A stretch of DNA of 64,000 nt from Candidatus Multivoradales bacterium (GCA_965248925.1 CBDFLE010000005.1:1696001-1760000); one strand, 5' to 3'. Shown: positions 1 to 11,874, counted from the stretch's first letter. Made by a program: numbers and translations. Notes: generated from the letters alone by a model not told the origin.

Positions 1-861
1 AAGACCGCTGCGAAGTTGACCGAGAAAGGACTTTGGAAAGCTCTCATCTCCGGGAAATCCAAGCTCGATATCGCGTCCATCGGAGGGTACGCAGGCGGTG
101 CCAAACAGGTAGTCCCAGAGGCTGAGAGTCAAACCGTAGTTGATGCCATAAGACCGACCCTCAGGCAATCGCTTGACATGATGCCAAATGTGCATTTGCG
201 GACTATTAAAAATATACTTCAACGGCCCGAGAGGCAGGCGTAGGTTCGAGTGATTGAAATGGCCCACCGCCAGAGTGAAGATGTGGACGATGAAAAAATC
301 ATCGATACCGAAGCCAATCATCGCCAGAGGGATGTACTCCAGCGTGCGATAGACAACATTTTCCATCCAGTGATAGCGCAAGTGGGCGGCGAAGCCCATC
401 TGCTCGACCGAGTGATGCACCTGGTGGAATCGCCACAGAAAGGGACTGCGATGCAGCAGTCTGTGGACATTCCACTGCACGAAATCGCGCACCAAAAACA
501 GGATCAGCAACTGCACCCAAACCCCCCAGCCGCCAATCTCGATCGCCACCAGATTGCGGACTCCCAGCAGCGCCAGAAAATCGCTGAACAGACTGACCGC
601 GACCTCAGCAGCCGCGTTGTAGATCACCAGCGAAAAGAGGAAGACATTAAAGAACATATAAAAGGCATCGAGCCAAAAATCCTTACGGAATCTGGCCTGC
701 TGCTGGCGCCACGGCCGCGCCAGTTCGAGGCCAAAGAACAGCACCGAGATGGCGATCAGCCAGAGCAAGTAGTTCTTGGCGTGCAGCTGAGTGATCTCGC
801 CCCAGAGGTAATGGGAATAGTCGCCATAGCCGGTAAGAAAAATTTGCCAGTACCTCTCCAC
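1..861 (-). CDS. Sterol desaturase / fatty acid hydroxylase family protein (3' end runs off the window)
   Basis: Not in the ORF track because it has no stop in the window. Manual translation from GTG at 861 (GGAGAG RBS) gives a membrane protein with His boxes HRLLH, HQVHH, HFNH, HIWHH and NYGLTLSLWDYLFGT. Confidence 0.9.
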   Translation of the reverse strand, partial: MERYWQIFLTGYGDYSHYLWGEITQLHAKNYLLWLIAISVLFFGLELARPWRQQQARFRKDFWLDAFYMFFNVFLFSLVIYNAAAEVAVSLFSDFLALLGVRNLVAIEIGGWGVWVQLLILFLVRDFVQWNVHRLLHRSPFLWRFHQVHHSVEQMGFAAHLRYHWMENVVYRTLEYIPLAMIGFGIDDFFIVHIFTLAVGHFNHSNLRLPLGPLKYIFNSPQMHIWHHVKRLPEGRSYGINYGLTLSLWDYLFGTACVPSDGRDIELGFPGDESFPKSFLGQLRSGL

Positions 862-908
862 GGCCTCTCCCTATTGGCGGCGAGAATTATCATTCAGCGG
901 CCCTGTGA

Positions 909-2039
909 TCAGCGGTCGCCCTGCCGCGGTTCGAGATCGGCCAGCGCGAGGGTCTCCGCCAATACCGTGTCGCCCTCCAGATCGCGCACTTCTAGCTGCA
1001 CCGTGCCGGCAGACCAATCGATGGCGATGGCACCGTAGTTCTCGGCAAGATAAGTCGGCCCGAGGCGTTGGGGTCCGGGCTCCTCCTCGATGTCGTCGAC
1101 CACCAGATTCAAGGCACTGGAGGTGATTTCGTAGAGGGAGTAGTTGATGGCCTCGTCGTGGCGGTAGATGCCGGCCCGGTGGCGATCTCCAGAGAGCAAA
1201 ATCACCCCCCCGGCGCCGGATTCCTGCAGGACAGTGTAGAGACGCTGTCGTTCCGTCGGCAGGGTTCGCCAGGCTTCCCAACCATGGCCCTCGGCGAGCA
1301 CTTGGATAGACGAAACCAACAAACGCACCTCCGCTGGCTGCCGTAGCTGCTGCCGTAGCCAGGCCCACTGCGCGTCGCCCAGCATGGTCTTGGCGGGATC
1401 CTCGTCCGGAACGTAGCGCTCCCGGCCCGGCCCTCGCGGATCCGCCCGCCGCAGCGGTGAGCGGAAAAAGCGAGTGTCGAGGAGTATGATCTGCACCCGC
1501 CGCCCTTCGGGGCCAAGGATCGCCGAGTCATAGACCCCGGGACGCTGAGCACTGGCGGCGGCGCTCGGAATCTCCCAGAACTCTTCGAACAGCTGCTCCG
1601 CCCCTTCCCGGCTCGGAAAGTCGGCTCCGGCGTCATTGAGGCCGTAGTCGTGATCGTCCCACACCGCCATCACCGGAGTGGACTGCCGCAGCGCGCTCAG
1701 CTCTGCGGATTGCCCCTGCTGGGCGTAGGCTTGGCGCAGGGGATTCAGGTCGTCGAGCTGGTCGCGATCAACATCTCCGTAAACATTGTCGCCGAGAAAA
1801 AGGAAGAGCTGAAAAGCCTCTTCGCTCACCGTCTCGAGAATCGGCTGAGGAAAACCCTGATGCAGGCAAGAGCCGAAGCCGATGTGGGTTAGCTCCGCAG
1901 AAGCATCAACCGACGGCGGCGCCGCCAGGTCTCCTTCGGGATCGGCATCGGGACCGGCGGTGGAAACACAGCCGATCAAGGAGACGAGACACAGAACGCT
2001 CAACCAGGACCAAGCCACTTGGGCACCGCTGTATTGCAT
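909..2039 (-). CDS. Alkaline phosphatase D (PhoD) family lipoprotein
   Basis: FGSC, LGDNVYGD, WDDHDYG, LLDTR and LSGDRH motifs; lipobox-like LIGC. Confidence 0.9.
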   Translation of the reverse strand: MQYSGAQVAWSWLSVLCLVSLIGCVSTAGPDADPEGDLAAPPSVDASAELTHIGFGSCLHQGFPQPILETVSEEAFQLFLFLGDNVYGDVDRDQLDDLNPLRQAYAQQGQSAELSALRQSTPVMAVWDDHDYGLNDAGADFPSREGAEQLFEEFWEIPSAAASAQRPGVYDSAILGPEGRRVQIILLDTRFFRSPLRRADPRGPGRERYVPDEDPAKTMLGDAQWAWLRQQLRQPAEVRLLVSSIQVLAEGHGWEAWRTLPTERQRLYTVLQESGAGGVILLSGDRHRAGIYRHDEAINYSLYEITSSALNLVVDDIEEEPGPQRLGPTYLAENYGAIAIDWSAGTVQLEVRDLEGDTVLAETLALADLEPRQGDR

Positions 2040-2120
2040 GGCCCTATTGTAGCGCCGGGTCCTGCCTCAACGCAAAATTGCTCCCCGCCTTCTCTACTCC
2101 GGCGATTCACCGGTCAGCCA

Positions 2121-3791
2121 TCACTCGACTCTGCCCGATCCCAATGCGGTCGGGTTGTCGAGATCCAGCGGCGCCAGCTCCGGTTCAGTATCCGGATCGA
2201 AGACCCACAGCCTGCGGCCGGCAAAGAGAGTCAGTAGCGAGGCAGTGGAATCTGTCCCAAGATCCGCCGCCCACAACACCGGCGCCTGCAAATCCTGGAA
2301 ATTGTAGACCGCTGCTGATTTGGGATTTACCAGAATCAGATGCTCACCACCCTGTGCTTGCAGCTGACGGGTTATCCGCGCCTGACGCATGAAATACTCG
2401 CCCGGATGATGGCGCAAGGCCGGCAGCTGGAGGGCGAAGGAAGCGACCTCGATCAACAGAGCCGCGCCGAGCAATGCCCACCCCTGGCGAAACCAAGTCG
2501 GTGGCCGCAAGCTGAGGTTGCGCAACGCGGCCAACCCGAGAATCATCAGCGGCGCGGCCATCGGTGCCGAGTAGTGCGGAAAATAGAAATGGACGATCGC
2601 GTGACTGCCACCTACCAACAGAGACGAAACTACTAGCAGGCGGTAGCGCCGCGTCGCCCACAGCCGCGGCAAGCTGAGCAAGATAGCCAGCAGCAAGGCC
2701 GGCCCGAGCAAGAAATACCCGGCTTTCATTGCTCGCTTATAGAGGTAGAGCGCCGACTGTCGCCACCAGCCGCGGCGCTCCGCCGCCGGAACCTCCACAT
2801 CTACCCACGACATGCGGTGTTCGCTGCGGATCCAGCGCTGCCAGACGAACTCACCAGCCACCGGCCGATCCTGCTCGTACTGCTGGTGGGCAAAGCGGGT
2901 CACGGAACCAGTGGTGCGGAAGTTGTAGTAACCGAGAAAGACCAACGTCGCCGCCCCGACCAGAGCCAACGGAAGCCCTGCTCGCAAACCCGCCGCGGCG
3001 TTGCTCACCGTCCTCCTCCACCACCAGAAAACCAACCAGATCAACAGCGGCAGCGCAACCCAGAAGCCCTCCCACGGCCGGGTGACGGCGAGTATCGCCA
3101 AGCCACCTGCCAGGGCCGGCAAATTGCGCACCGTGCCACCCTGTGGTGAGGAGCAGAAGTGCCGACCCAATCCGCCGAACACCAAGGCACCACCGATGGC
3201 GGCCACCGAACCACCCCAATAACTGTTGTTCCAATAGCTGCCGACCGCCAAGCGCAACAAGACCAGCACCGCGGCCAGCAGGGCCCAGCGCCGCGGCAAC
3301 CAACCGCGCACGCACCAAGTCATGGAGGCGGCCAACAGACCCGCTGAGATCATCAACGCGATTCCCGGATGGCCGAGTCCAAAGCCGAGCGCCAACATCA
3401 AGCCCTGGCCGGGAGGGTACTTGCCGGCATAGACCGGAGTCGCCAGCACCTGCTCCGGCACCAGAGCCAAGTGAGGGGCAGGCGGGTTGACCAGCTGGCC
3501 ACTCGCGAAGGTTTCTCCCATCACCAGATATGCAGCGGCGTCATCCGTGCCGAGCACCGGAAAACCATAAAAAGCAGTGATCAGCGCACAACCGATAAAG
3601 CCGATTACGCCGGCCAACACCACCAACTTGGTATCCGACCGCAGCCGGCCAGCCACGGAGGTCAGCAGAGAGAGCGGCAACCGCGACGACCGTCCGCCGC
3701 GGATCGTAGAGACGATCACCAACACGGCGAGCAAAGTGCACTCGACAAGCGGCACCAAGCCGCTCGGGAAGGTAGCACTTGGATTCTCCAT
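2121..3791 (-). CDS. Polytopic membrane protein, probable GT-C-fold glycosyltransferase
   Basis: 556 aa, many TM segments, DDAAAY acidic motif after TM2, GKYPPG, TRPWEG. Confidence 0.6.
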   Translation of the reverse strand: MENPSATFPSGLVPLVECTLLAVLVIVSTIRGGRSSRLPLSLLTSVAGRLRSDTKLVVLAGVIGFIGCALITAFYGFPVLGTDDAAAYLVMGETFASGQLVNPPAPHLALVPEQVLATPVYAGKYPPGQGLMLALGFGLGHPGIALMISAGLLAASMTWCVRGWLPRRWALLAAVLVLLRLAVGSYWNNSYWGGSVAAIGGALVFGGLGRHFCSSPQGGTVRNLPALAGGLAILAVTRPWEGFWVALPLLIWLVFWWWRRTVSNAAAGLRAGLPLALVGAATLVFLGYYNFRTTGSVTRFAHQQYEQDRPVAGEFVWQRWIRSEHRMSWVDVEVPAAERRGWWRQSALYLYKRAMKAGYFLLGPALLLAILLSLPRLWATRRYRLLVVSSLLVGGSHAIVHFYFPHYSAPMAAPLMILGLAALRNLSLRPPTWFRQGWALLGAALLIEVASFALQLPALRHHPGEYFMRQARITRQLQAQGGEHLILVNPKSAAVYNFQDLQAPVLWAADLGTDSTASLLTLFAGRRLWVFDPDTEPELAPLDLDNPTALGSGRVE

Positions 3792-3929
3792 CTTGAGAGC
3801 TTAGCTCACTGCGAAGCGAGAGACGCTGCGAGGCCTCGGGCCAGCAGCAAACCGGCCTGCACATCATTCGCGGGCAGATCGGTGAAAGCGGCTGCCAAGA
3901 CAGAGGACTCCAAGACAGCGCCGGGCTGG

Positions 3930-6900
3930 CTAGCCACCGCTACTCAGATCGAGCAGGTCGTGGACGGTCTCGAGGGCCGCTGCGACCGAGTCTTCGAGCC
4001 GCAGGTCGAAGCGGGCTTCGAGCTCACCGATCAACTCGACACGAGTCAGGGAATCAACACCAAGATCGGCCAACCGATCTTCGCCGCGGAGCAAGTCGGC
4101 ACGGCTGTGGGTGAGGCGGGCAAGACACTCGATGACTACAGCTTCGGCCGCACTTCGTTCTTCGGCCATGGGCGGCGGTGACGGTGCAACCTGGCTGCTA
4201 CCCCGCTCCCCAGCCAGCAGCGCGGCACGTAGCACCGCCCGTTTGACCTTCATGGTGGTGGTCTTGGGCAGCTCTCCGCGCCAAAACTCGATGCCGGCGA
4301 TCTGCTGGTAGCTCGGAATCTCGCTGGAGCGGGTCGCGATGGCCGCCCGAATACCATCCTCACTGGCACCAACCGCGGCCACCACCAGAGCGGTCAGCCG
4401 CTCGCCGCCAGCAGCGCCTGGAAGGCCCAAAATTACTAATTCGGCAACTCCTGGCAACTCGCGATAGCGCGCTTCGACCTCTTCGGGGTAGATATTCTTG
4501 CCAGCGCTGGTGACGATGACATCCTTGCTGCGGCCCGAGATGTGGAGGTAGCCATCGTCATCGAAGAAACCGATATCGCCGGTGTTCAGCCAATCACCAT
4601 CCATCACTTCGGAGGTAGCCTCGGGGTTCTGGTAGTAACCGGCCATAACGTTGGCGCCGCGTACCCACACTTCGCCAGCGCCAGGTGCCACCCCAATAGC
4701 ATCCTCAGCGGGCGGGCGCAGCACGATCTCGACCCCTGGCAAGCGCTGACCGACCGAGCCAAAACGGATGCTGTCCCACGGATTGACGGTCAGCACCGGG
4801 CTAGTCTCGGTCATGCCATAGCCCTCGGCGACTTTGAAGCCCATCAGCTGGAAACTGCGGCCAAGACTAGGTTCGAGAGCCGAGCCGCCACTGGCGATGC
4901 GGCGCAGAGAACCACCGAATCGCCGGTGTACTTTGGCAAAAATCCGATGACCGTTCGCTCCATTCTGGCGTCGGCTCAGAGCGAAGAGGACTTTGAAGAT
5001 CAGCTTCAATACCGGGCCGCCGGCGTCCACGCTCTGGCGGATTCCGCCGTGCAGCAACTCCAGCAGGCGTGGCACAGCGACCAAGACTGTCGGCTGAGTA
5101 GTGTTCATCATCCAACTGATCTCGGCCGGCTTGATCTCCGCCACATAGCTGATGGTGCTGCCCCCAGCCAGCGGCACCAACAACCCAACCATCTGCTCGA
5201 ACACATGATGGATCGGCAACACCGACAGTAGGCGTTCGCGGGTCAGCTGCATCAGCGGCAGCAGATCGCGTACGTTTGCCAGGTAGTTGCCATGGGTCAG
5301 CGGCACTGCTTTGGGCGCCAGGGTGGTGCCGCTGGTGAAGATGATGCTGGCCAGATCACCAGCCTCGCCAACCACTGGCAACGATGCAGCGCCAGCAAGC
5401 GGTCCAACATCCGGCTCGGGCACAAAAGGGGCCGCCAGGGTGACCACCGGGCAGCCAGGCTGCACCGACCCATCCGCGAGGCTCGCCACCAGACCTGGCG
5501 CGGCACAGATCAACTTGGCCCCGACCAGCCGCGCCGCTTGCACCATTTCCACTGCCGGCCACTGTGGATCAATCGGCACGGTGGTGGCCCCCAGGCGGTG
5601 GGTGGCGAAGGTCGTCAGAACCCACTCGGGACAGCCGCTCGACCACAACACCAATCGATCGCCAGGTCCGATACCGAGGTCGTTCAGCCGCAGCGCCACG
5701 TTGGCGCAAGCCTCGAGGGCCTGCCGATAGTTGTAGCGCAGCCACTGCCCTTGGCGATGGATTTGAAAAGCCATCACCCGCGGATAGACCTCGGCGGTGG
5801 CGGCAAAGAGTTCGAACAAAGTGCTGGCTGAAGCTGCATGCCCGACCGCCCGAGCGATGATCTCAGTCGCCGACTGCCGGGGCTCTAGCTCGACCTTGGG
5901 CGCCCCGCTAGCAGCTCGCAAGGCAAAACGCACCAAACCTGGAATGTGAACCTCGGCAATGTAGGAATGCCAGTCGAGAGCAGCTATATCGAAAGGAAAC
6001 ACAGCTTGATCGGCAGCCGACAACCGCTGCCACAGCTGCTGGGTGCGGGCATCGTCGTAACCAGCACCGGGGCCCAGGTAAGGCCGGTAGACCGCCAACA
6101 AGTGGATCAGGTGGTCGAGCGCCCGCTCACCACTGGCCAACGCCAGCCGATTCGGCGAAGTGCGCCGACGCGGCACCCAGCGGGCCAAACGCCGCAGTCG
6201 CCGACGACGCTTGATGAGCCTCTGGCGGTAGACCTCCGGCGCAGTGAAACGAGCCTCGCCAGGTACGATGGGCTGGCCGTCTTGATCGCGCAGCGGCACA
6301 CGGGCGAATCCTTGCCGAGCGTGAGCCATCAAAACACCCAGAGTGATCGGATTGCGTCGCGAGCCCAGCTGGTAGACCGGAATCTCAGCATCCGCCGCCG
6401 CCTCATCGAGCCGTCGCGGCAAGGCGGATAGGGCGGCAATCAGGGCATTGACTATGAAATCGACCGGGATCATCTCCAGCGCCACGTCCGCACTGCCGGG
6501 GAACTCCTCCGTCCGACCGCGACCATAGGCCACTAACAACGGATCCGACACCCGCACCGCTTCAATCCAGCCGGGAATCGGCTCGGTGCAGCGCTCTCGA
6601 CAATCGCTGGCCGCAAAATGGCCAGCGGCACGGCCCCCTGGTGGCGCACCAGCAGACGTTCGCCAAGCGCTTTGGTCAGGGTGTAGATGTCGTTGAAAGC
6701 AAAACACTTAGCTTGCTCCGAGCCGGCCGCCACCCAAGCACTGTCAGCAGTCTCCCCGCGCTGGCGCAGGGTCAAGCACGCTGCTTCGAGAGCGGCCAGG
6801 GCGGAATCGAGGTCGAGTGCCTCTGCGCCTACCGCCCGCTCCTCGATGAGACCTTCGCGACGGCCACTGACAAAGCAGGTCGAGACTTGCAGCAGTGGCA

Positions 6901-7378
6901 CGTCGCCAGCCGCGCGAGCCAGCTCCAGCGTGCGCGAAGTTCCGCGAACGTTGATCGCCAGCGAACGATCGAGGCGCTCGTCGAAAGTCACCGTGGCAGC
7001 ACTGGCCACCACCCGGTCAACCCGCTGACAAAGCTCGGCGTAGGCCCGCGGATCGAGGCCAAATCGGTCTTGGTCGAGATCGCCAGCCAAAGCAGTGATC
7101 TTGGCCGCGGCGAAGGTTGGCCAATGCTCGTCATAGCGGGCCCGCAGCCGAGCCATGATCGGCGCCGCCAGAATCTCCTCTTGCAAGCGCTGCTGCGCGT
7201 CGCGATCCTGAGAAGACCGGATCAAAAGAATCAGCTGTGACACCCCCGGCACCGACCACAGCAGCTTCTCCACCAGGACTTTGCCGAGAAAGCCGGTGGC
7301 GCCGGTGATGAAGAGGCACTGGCCGTCGAGTGACGAGGCGATTGCCATCGATCTCGGCGCTGCTGTCGCTGATTTCAC
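3930..7378 (-). CDS. Multidomain fatty acyl reductase (NAD_binding_4/Sterile)-AMP-binding-ACP protein, ElbD-like; 1-nt frameshift near 6590
   Basis: ORF 6533-7378 has TGATGFLG, YTLTK and LRPAIVES. It continues in another frame as EPIPGW..., FTSGTT..PKAV, GYGMTE, TGD and the ACP motif LGVDSL. AAGGAG RBS before GTG 7378. Confidence 0.85.
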
Positions 7379-7727
7379 AGGGACTCCTTTGCCAGCGATG
7401 CTATCCCGCTGTGGCAGAGGCAGAGACCGGTGCGGGTAGGAATGGCTCCAAAATCGCTCCCCGCTGGCAGAGCGAGACCGCTGAAAACCAACTTGGCAAC
7501 TTCGCGCGGCTCGATATCGCGTTCGAGCTTCTTACTCTTCGTCCCGCCAGGGACGTCACACCATAGTGAGGGATTTCAATCCCTCGTGGCGACTCGCCAT
7601 GATTCGCTGGGCGCAAGCTCCGGAACCCCGCAAGTGATTGAAATCACTCGCTGAATCATGGCGTCCCTGCCGGGACGGGGACGCTACGCACCCCAAGGTT
7701 GCGCGCAGCGCCGGCTTCGGCCCTCGC

Positions 7728-8561
7728 CTAAAGAAGGGTGAAGAACTCACCCAACAGGCGGCCGATCTCCTCGGGACGCTCTGCTTGCAGGAAGTGGCCG
7801 CAGTCCTCCAGGACGGTGACTCCGGCTTGTGGGAGATCACGCTTAACCCGCGCCATGGTGCGCGCCACGTCGGGCAGAATCCGGTCGCGGCCGCCGTAGA
7901 CGATTCGCACCGGCACTTCGAGACCAGGCAGTTTGGCGGCGATCTCCGCGAATCCTTTGGGACTCAGATGGGTGCCGGTCGCCACCAGCGCCTGGCGAGC
8001 TTGCGAGCTTGCGAATGGGGCTCGCACACCGGCCAATACATCGTCAGTGATATTTCGCCGGTCGCTGACACCGATCTTCATCGCCCGTCCCAGTCCCCAA
8101 GGGCTGGTCAGCAACGAGCGTAGGCCCGGCAAGCGCAATGAAAGGACAAAGAGGATCACCGCCCACGAAGGCTTGGGATAGATCAAGGTATTGAGCAAGG
8201 CAAGACGCCCCAAGCGCTCGGGCCGCTGGCAGGCCCAGTAGAGGCCCAGCGGTCCACCCAGGTCATGCACCGCTAACCCGATCCGTTGCATACCGAGGGC
8301 AGCGACGAAACCATCGAGAATCTTGGCGTAGTAACGAAAGCTGTAGGAGACATCGAGCGGCTTGTCCGAACGCCCGAATCCAGGAAGATCCAGCGCCAGC
8401 ACGCGGTTGCCCGCGGCCATCGGTGGCATCACCTTGCGCCAAAGAAAAGACGAGGTTGGCCAGCCATGCAACAGCAGCACTGGCTCTCCTTGGCCCGCCT
8501 CCAGGTAGTGCAGGCGGAGGCCCTCGACAGTGACAAAACGGCTGCTCGGTTGTTCACTCAT
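7728..8561 (-). CDS. Alpha/beta hydrolase, haloalkane dehalogenase/epoxide hydrolase-like
   Basis: LLHGWP, DLPGFGRS, VHDLGG nucleophile elbow, CGHFLQ. Confidence 0.9.
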   Translation of the reverse strand: MSEQPSSRFVTVEGLRLHYLEAGQGEPVLLLHGWPTSSFLWRKVMPPMAAGNRVLALDLPGFGRSDKPLDVSYSFRYYAKILDGFVAALGMQRIGLAVHDLGGPLGLYWACQRPERLGRLALLNTLIYPKPSWAVILFVLSLRLPGLRSLLTSPWGLGRAMKIGVSDRRNITDDVLAGVRAPFASSQARQALVATGTHLSPKGFAEIAAKLPGLEVPVRIVYGGRDRILPDVARTMARVKRDLPQAGVTVLEDCGHFLQAERPEEIGRLLGEFFTLL

Positions 8562-8592
8562 CTTGAGCCGATGTGACTGCCATCACCGGCGC

Positions 8593-10202
8593 TCAGCCCG
8601 CGGCCGGCTCGGCCATGCTGAGCGAAGCCGGCGCCGCCTTGCCCAAGCCGACGAAGGGCTCGATCACCGGCGGCTGGCGGCTGATCTCGGGCTCCCAATA
8701 GTTCTCAGTCTCGTACAGGCAGCGGATCTGAGCGTAACTAAACATCGACATCATCACCATGGTGCCGGCTTCGGGTTTCTCGGCCAATGCCAAGGAGATG
8801 GTCCTCCACATCTGCCGCTCACGCGGACCGAGGCCGATCACCTTGCGAATCACGCCGCTGGCCTGGACCTCGATGGGACGCGGCTTGTGGGGGGTGTAGC
8901 CGGCCTTGAAGGGCCCCCGCTGGGGACCGAGACGCTCGATCATCGCTACCATTCGCTGGCCGAAGCTCTCTGGCTCGTAGAGCCGATTGCCTAACCACTT
9001 GAGGCCGCTGAACAGATCTTCCGGCCGCATCAGGACCGGCAGGATGTTGGTGTTCCACACTCCCTGGGTCTCGGAACTGCCTTCGGTGACCAACCGCCCG
9101 TCAGCTTTCATGCGGTCAAAGAGGGGCGTCGCCGCCGGCGCTACCAAGGCACCGAGGGTGAAGATCGGAACCGGGTTCCGCATCGCAAAGTCATACTGCA
9201 TCTGGAAGATGTTCGGCCCATCGTGGTCGAAACCAACGATCATTCCGCCGGTGACCGAAATCCCATGATCAAGGAAGATCTGCACTTGCTCGACCAGGTC
9301 TATACCCACGTTCTGCCGTTTGCCGGTCTCTTTCAGGCTCTCTTCGTTGGGGGTCTCGATGCCAATGAAAACTCGGGTGAGGCCGGCTTCGCCGCACAAT
9401 TCCATGATCTCTGAATCGCGGGCAGCGTCGATCGACACTTGGGTGTGGAAAGCCACCGGGCCGTCGGGGCGCTTGACGTTCCAGTCGCGCAGCGCCGCCA
9501 TCACATTCTTGGCCCGCTTGCGGTACACGGTAAAGTTGTCGTCGGCCAAGAAGACGGTGCGGAAACCGGTGGCATAGAGCACATCCAGCTCCGCAATGAT
9601 TGATCTACAGACTTGTGGCGCTGCTTGCGCCCCAAATACTGGATCACATCGCAGAATTCACACTCGAAGGGGCATCCCCGCGAGGTCTGCAAACAACCCG
9701 AAAGAATGCGGGAATTAGGATAGAGGTCGAAACGCGGCAGCGGTGAAGTCTCGAGATCGGGCTTCTCGGCGGTGTATTCGGCCTGCCAAGTGCCTTGCTC
9801 CAGGTCGGCAAAGAAGTCCTCGGCGATCGCCTCCAGCTCGCCAATCACCAGCACGTCACAATGACCCCGCACCGCCTCGGGCGACAGCGAGGCATGCGGA
9901 CCGCCGATCAGCACCGTCTTGCCGCGACGGCGGAACTCGTCCGCCACCTCGTTCATCCTCTGTCCTTGAATGACCTTGCCGGTGATGCCGATGAAATCGG
10001 CGTCGGTGTCGAAGTCGATCGGCTCGACATGCTCCTCACAAACCGTCACTTGCCAGTCGCTGGGGGCCAGGGCGGCGACGGTCACGGTGGCCAGGTCGGC
10101 GATCGCCTGCGCCGGGTCGTAGCCCCAGCGAGCGAAGGACTCGGCACCGAAATAACTAGGAGAAGCTGGGCAAGGGTTGATCAAGTACAGAGATTTTGAC
10201 AC
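8593..10202 (-). CDS. B12-binding radical SAM protein (DUF4070-type); 1-nt frameshift near 9600
   Basis: GGPHAS B12-binding domain and SRGCPFECEFC. GATCAATCATTGCG lacks one A, which would give ...DQIIAELD and join the ADDNF and GIET ORF. Confidence 0.88.
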
Positions 10203-10891
10203 CTAATACTCTCCTAAAGCGCGCACCGCGCATCTCGAAAGACGGCGGCGGGCGGCGGGTTATGCCCCTCCGAGGGGTCAAAGACCATCCCCAACCGGGA
10301 CGGCGAGCCAAAACTAGAGCGGATCCATCTTTACTCTACACCAGTCGACAAATCGGGCCGGTTCTTCGATTCTGGCCGATATCGGCGCTCTCCGCGGGCA
10401 GGAGCTGAATCCTGACCCCGCCGGAGCACTGGAGGCTCTATGCAGCACCCGCAGCCAGAATCCAAGGAAGACATCCAGGGGCAGATTTTGACCACCGGCG
10501 GGCCAATAGCCTCTTGCTGATTGAGGCGATCAGAGTTCGGGGCATGCCATGCGCCCTGTCGGGCCGCGGCAACAGAGATGTCTCTCACCCATTCGCCCAC
10601 TAGCCCGACAACCGCGGCTGGCAGCTCGCCAAGCGGGCCTAAGTACTCCGCCGGAAACCGCCTGTTCGTTCTTTCGCACAGTCTTAATTCAAGTCTCCGG
10701 AGATTCGTCCAATTCTATGTAAATGTTTCATTAAAAAAGGCTAATTGGATTCATTCTTTTGGAATTTTGATCCACAGAAAAAACTGTGTCTAATCGATGA
10801 AAAAAGTCAGTCTTGCGGGAAACACTCACCAGCGCAATCCGTTATATCGATGACTGGGTATGGTCCATTGATTTGCGAAGTGAGGTGCTAA

Positions 10892-11836
10892 ATGTTCGCT
10901 CTGCGCTCGGTTCTGTTTGCTCTGCCGGCTCTGTTTGTCTTCGTCTTCGTCGGCGTCAGCGTCAGCTTCAACTTCCCTCTCTCCGCCGCCAACGAAACCC
11001 CACCCCTGAGAATCTACACCGCCGAGCGAGTCTACGGTCCCTTCACCCTCGCCAGCGAGCAGCTGCAGCAACGGCCAGGAGGGATCAAGCCGGTTCCTTT
11101 CGAAGAAGCGACCTGGCTGGTCGGCTACTCCGCCGAGATACTCGACCCTCAAGGAGTTCCCCTTTCCCAAGATATGCAGTGCCACACCATGCTGATGAAA
11201 GGCGCTGCAACTCAAGGGAGCCACCACCGGATGAACTCGCGGCCATTCAAGGGAATCTATTCGGATGGCTACACCCCCGAAATCAGGCTACCTGAGGGAT
11301 TCGGTATCTACTTCGAGGGCGGCGAAACAGTTGATTTGATCCCGATGTTTAATAATCGGCATGCCAAGCAGGTCTCTGCTGCGGTGCGGGTACAGACCCA
11401 CTTTATCCTCGCCGCGGAACTGGAACAGCCGCTGACCCCTCTGTACTCGACTATCCAATCGGTCGCCGCCCCCCACCTCTACCACGTGGCTGCGGGCAAA
11501 GATGTCCGCGAACTCGAATTCACCCTTCCCTACGCTGGCCGCATCCATGCCATGGGCGTGCACATCCACCCCTATGGCCGGTCGATTGAGCTGATCGACC
11601 TCGAGCACGACCAGACCCTCTGGAACTCGGTCGGCGAAGTTGATGCAGACGGCAGACTGATCGCCATGCCCTTCTTCTCCAGTTCAATGGGTATTCCCTT
11701 CGAATCCGGCCAACGCTTTCTGCTCCGGGCCACCTACGACAACGTCACTTCTCAAGAGCAAGACGCCATGGCCGGCCTGTTCATGTTTTTCAGCACCCCG
11801 GACGGCAAACCTCCGGCCATCCACGGCGCCCACTAG
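10892..11836 (+). CDS. Exported protein with copper type II ascorbate-dependent monooxygenase (PHM-like) features
   Basis: Signal peptide; CHTML, GVHIHPYG and C-terminal YDN...DAMA resemble the HxH and Met CuM ligands. Confidence 0.55.
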   Translation: MFALRSVLFALPALFVFVFVGVSVSFNFPLSAANETPPLRIYTAERVYGPFTLASEQLQQRPGGIKPVPFEEATWLVGYSAEILDPQGVPLSQDMQCHTMLMKGAATQGSHHRMNSRPFKGIYSDGYTPEIRLPEGFGIYFEGGETVDLIPMFNNRHAKQVSAAVRVQTHFILAAELEQPLTPLYSTIQSVAAPHLYHVAAGKDVRELEFTLPYAGRIHAMGVHIHPYGRSIELIDLEHDQTLWNSVGEVDADGRLIAMPFFSSSMGIPFESGQRFLLRATYDNVTSQEQDAMAGLFMFFSTPDGKPPAIHGAH

Positions 11837-11874
11837 TCCATCCAGCGCCAGCTAAGCCAGACCGGCTGGACCAG

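Noticed and set aside
250-1038. 262-aa plus-strand ORF, and similar long antisense ORFs (e.g. 14336-15187, 56577-57704, 59800-60705)
   Set aside because: These are shadows of well-supported genes on the opposite strand in GC-rich DNA.
10210-10310. Hairpin-rich leader of the B12 radical SAM gene as a riboswitch
   Set aside because: It only loosely resembles the fluoride motif (GGGGATGG...) and lacks the conserved cores of fluoride, cobalamin or SAM riboswitches. An Rfam scan would be needed.
10767-10780. FNR-like site TTGAT-CCAC-AGAAA
   Set aside because: The second half-site matches only 3/5 in an AT-rich tract; too weak.
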